Shown: positions 33,907 to 36,751 of the stretch, one piece after another
How the letters are laid out: each line of letters begins with the position of its first letter
How positions within the stretch are numbered: position 1 is the first letter of the stretch
Assembly (NCBI RefSeq): GCF_001194135.2
Contig: NC_068988.1
Span: forward strand, 97,395,030 to 97,431,780
DNA: 36,751 bases
Reading direction: 5' to 3'
From: Octopus bimaculoides
Taxonomy: Eukaryota
Made by a program: the position numbers and the translations under genes
The notes under the pieces: generated by a model
What the model saw: only the letters and a program-made list of their open reading frames with translations
Told to the model about the DNA's origin: nothing
The model's database searches: none

Positions 33907-33971
33907 CTACGCTGACGATCCTGCAGATATTTACTTATGTAAATTTTAACAGGTGAAACCATGGTACGTAG
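33907..33971 (+). ncRNA. Type I hammerhead ribozyme, copy 2; predicted cleavage after GUA (33966)
   Basis: Identical to copy 1 except one T>C change in the stem II loop; offset exactly 521 bp. Confidence 0.8.
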
Positions 33972-34334
33972 GTTAATCGTTTTTATTTAGTATTTTTTCA
34001 TTTGTCTTTCCTTTTTACAGTCTGTTGTGTCGCTGAATTTTTACTGAGAACATATATTTTTTTCGTGGTTAGATGATTCGGCATCTATTTCTAGCATATA
34101 NNNNNNNNNNNNNNNNNNNNNNNNNNNNNNNNNNNNNNNNNNNNNNNNNNNNNNNNNNNNNNNNNNNNNNNNNNNNNNNNNNNNNNNNNNNNNNNNNNNN
34201 NNNNNNNNNNNNNNNNNNNNNNNNNNNNNNNNNNNNNNNNNNNNNNNNNNNNNNNNNNNNNNNNNNNNNNNNNNNNNNNNNNNNNNNNNNNNNNNNNNNN
34301 NNNNNNNNNNNNNNNNNNNNNNCCTGTAATCCAA

Positions 34335-34430
34335 GAGGGGCGAGCTTTGTAACATTCTGTGCCACGCTGAATCTCCGCTGAAACTACGTTAAGGGTCCGT
34401 TAGTTTGTGGAGTGCTCAACCACTTGCAGT
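34335..34430 (+). mobile_element. Family B SINE body fragment
   Basis: AATCTCCGCTGAAACTACGTTAAGGGT...GGAGTGCTCAACCACTTGCA matches 8089-8152. Confidence 0.7.
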
Positions 34431-34899
34431 TCGTTTCCCTAAAACAAACTCCTAACGCTCACACACACACAGACGGTGTCTTACAATGATTTTTCGCTCC
34501 AATAAAATCTGATGGTTTAAGTGAAACCATAAAAGCATCAATTGATTCTTCTTCTCCTTCTTTCTGCCCTCCTTCTCCCCCCCCTCTTTTTTTCTCGCTG
34601 TTCTCCTCCTCTTCCTCCTCCTCCTTTCCCCACTGAATATCTTCTCACTCACGTCCTCCGTCTTTGCTGACTTATAAGAGGAAGCCGACAATTTGGTTCC
34701 TATTAAGTAAATTGCTCTACAGTTTGCTAAATTGACAGCCTTGAAGTGGCAGAGAGAGGGAGAGTGGGGGGAGAGCGAGAGACGAAGATGGAGAGGAATC
34801 CAAGATGTTTGAAGGATTAAGCAAACGCGATTATCGACTTCTACCTTTGGCCATAAACGAACGTTGATCAATTTACTCGACATACACCAAAGTTAATAA

Positions 34900-35050
34900 T
34901 AATGGTTTCAAACATTGGCACTATTACAGGATTTCTTATGGAAACGGTAAAGTTGAATTAATCGATCCCTCTCTACGTGACTTGTTCTTAATTTACCGAC
35001 CCCCGGACGGATATAACGCAAATTATAACTCGGCAGGAATTAAACCAAAA
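34900..35050 (-). mobile_element. Degenerate family A SINE 3' half
   Basis: Plus strand AATAATGGTTTCAAACATTGGCAC...AATTAATCGATCCC...AATTTACCGACCCCCGGACGGAT is the reverse complement of the family A core and tail. Confidence 0.55.
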
Positions 35051-35229
35051 ATAGAGGTGGGGGGGCGACTCTTTTATAGGAATGAATTTTGAGGGTCCAT
35101 TTTATAAGCCTGTATTAGTCCGGGGTCGACGGCTAACTCAAGGGATACATCTGGCGGCACATACTTCAACTACGTCACTGAAATGCCGGGAGCCCTTATC
35201 TGGGACTCGATTGTTGACGCTAACCCTTC

Positions 35230-35387
35230 GTCGTTTTACTAATCGTCGAAAAACTCGACCCCAATACGTTTTAAGTCTGGGTCTTATTCTGTTGGCCTCT
35301 ATTGATGAGCTGACAAGTTATGGAGACGTAAACAAATCAACACTGATTGTCAGACCCCCAAAATACACACATATAGTTACATGCATA

Positions 35388-35456
<69 letters not shown>
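35230..35456 (-). mobile_element. Family C SINE 3' half running into its internal microsatellite and the N-gap at 35457-35813
   Basis: Plus strand TCGAAAAACTCGACCCCAATAC...CTTATTCTGTTGGCCTCT...AAGTTATGGAGACGTAAACAAATCAACAC then (TG)n(TA)n. Confidence 0.6.
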
Positions 35457-35813
35457 NNNNNNNNNNNNNNNNNNNNNNNNNNNNNNNNNNNNNNNNNNNN
35501 NNNNNNNNNNNNNNNNNNNNNNNNNNNNNNNNNNNNNNNNNNNNNNNNNNNNNNNNNNNNNNNNNNNNNNNNNNNNNNNNNNNNNNNNNNNNNNNNNNNN
35601 NNNNNNNNNNNNNNNNNNNNNNNNNNNNNNNNNNNNNNNNNNNNNNNNNNNNNNNNNNNNNNNNNNNNNNNNNNNNNNNNNNNNNNNNNNNNNNNNNNNN
35701 NNNNNNNNNNNNNNNNNNNNNNNNNNNNNNNNNNNNNNNNNNNNNNNNNNNNNNNNNNNNNNNNNNNNNNNNNNNNNNNNNNNNNNNNNNNNNNNNNNNN
35801 NNNNNNNNNNNNN

Positions 35814-35855
<42 letters not shown>

Positions 35856-36129
35856 CACACACATATACATGCATCCATCCCACGCATCTATGTTTGCGTG
35901 TACAGTTGTGTAAAATAATTATGATTATTCAAAGCGTAATCCTAAACTGTTTTCCCAGAGAGAGAAAGAGAGAGTGAGAGATAGAGACAGACAGACATAC
36001 AGAGGTGATGGATTTTCTGTCGTTCTCGACGATGAGGATTCTGTTCTTGTTGGACCGTGTAATCTCTTACCTTTGAAATTAACGTGAAAGTAGCTGAGAA
36101 TTCCAAAGGCTCTTGTATTCTTGACTCTG

Positions 36130-36342
36130 GTCTCAAGCCAAATCAGTGTTGTAAGACTAGAGTTTTCAATTACACGTACAATGCAGAGAAAAGAATCGAT
36201 TCCAGGACCAGGGTGGGTATTTTGTCGAATTGGAAATGAATGAAAGCAAAACTGATCAGTAGAAGATTTGAACTATGAGCGCAGAAACGAATATTGAAGT
36301 TCTTTCTTATCCGGTCTGCTAAAATTATGCTACTTCACCAAT
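36130..36342 (-). mobile_element. Old family A SINE remnant
   Basis: Plus strand GAATGAAAGCAAAACTGA...GATTTGAACT..GAGCGCAGAAACGAAT...TTTCTTATCCGG is the reverse complement of family A modules. Confidence 0.5.
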
Positions 36343-36606
36343 TAAGGAAGGCTTGAACGTGTGGAATAATACCATAGAGTTCTTGCATTAACCAAATTTG
36401 AAAGAAATCGTTCTCGTCAGATGACCGCATAGACTTCAAGTATAAGGCGATAACCATTTTTAAAACCTGTTTACATCAATAATGGAAGTCAAAATATTTA
36501 CATTGTTTCTTTTGTCTTATTTGTGGTAGAATGAATATAGAAAATAATGCATACCACGTCAAGCCTACTAAAGTTTAGAGGGTAGTAGAGGAAATAGTGT
36601 GGGGCT

Positions 36607-36609
36607 GGG

Positions 36610-36653
<44 letters not shown>

Positions 36654-36751
36654 AATGTAAATATATATATATCTATATATATATAATGTAAATATATATA
36701 TATCTATATATATATAATGTAAATATATATATATATATATATATATATAAT
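36607..36751. repeat. (TATC)n followed by a 31-bp-period AT-rich minisatellite, about 3 copies
   Basis: The AATGTA anchor recurs at 36654, 36685 and 36716. Confidence 0.85.

Larger units (their letters stand above)
33240..34100 (+). mobile_element. Non-autonomous Penelope-like element / retrozyme: 97-bp inverted segment plus 521-bp-period direct repeat, each unit carrying an HHR; right end in the gap
   Basis: 33240-33336 is the reverse complement of 33530-33626 (4 mismatches). 33337-33579 matches 33858-34100 (6 substitutions, no indels, by eye). No ORF with recognisable RT or GIY-YIG motifs. Confidence 0.75.

Noticed and set aside
36370-36430. Minus-strand CTGACGA followed by a small hairpin (possible fourth hammerhead)
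   Set aside because: No GAAA after stem II and no complementary stem I strand.
1-36751. CRISPR arrays, operons or other prokaryotic defence systems
   Set aside because: No regularly spaced repeat-spacer units and no prokaryotic gene density; the window is animal non-coding DNA.

Overview
Repeat-dense, AT-rich eukaryotic (animal) DNA from a draft assembly with seven N-gaps. The tRNA-headed SINE families and microsatellite load look cephalopod, probably Octopus; this is recognition by eye, not a database result. No intact host gene is supportable, and almost every ORF in the track is a microsatellite or low-complexity artefact. The real coding signal comes from decayed retroelements: a Tx1/L1-like ORF1 with no ORF2 after it, a Tx1-like ORF2 end, two RTE ends, three R4/Dong-like pieces and a HERO-like endonuclease end. 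There are also a rearranged mariner, several MITEs/palindromes and about 20 SINE copies. The most interesting result is RNA structure that the ORF track does not show: three minimal type I hammerhead ribozyme (HHR) motifs of two families. Two sit 521 bp apart in a direct repeat (33386-33450, 33907-33971) preceded by a 97-bp inverted segment, the architecture of a non-autonomous Penelope-like element or retrozyme. In both copies a predicted 5' splice site lies exactly on the GUA cleavage triplet. The third HHR (25044-25089) lies just downstream of a tRNA-like Pol III head, suggesting a SINE carrying a ribozyme. Cleavage, expression and novelty are all untested.
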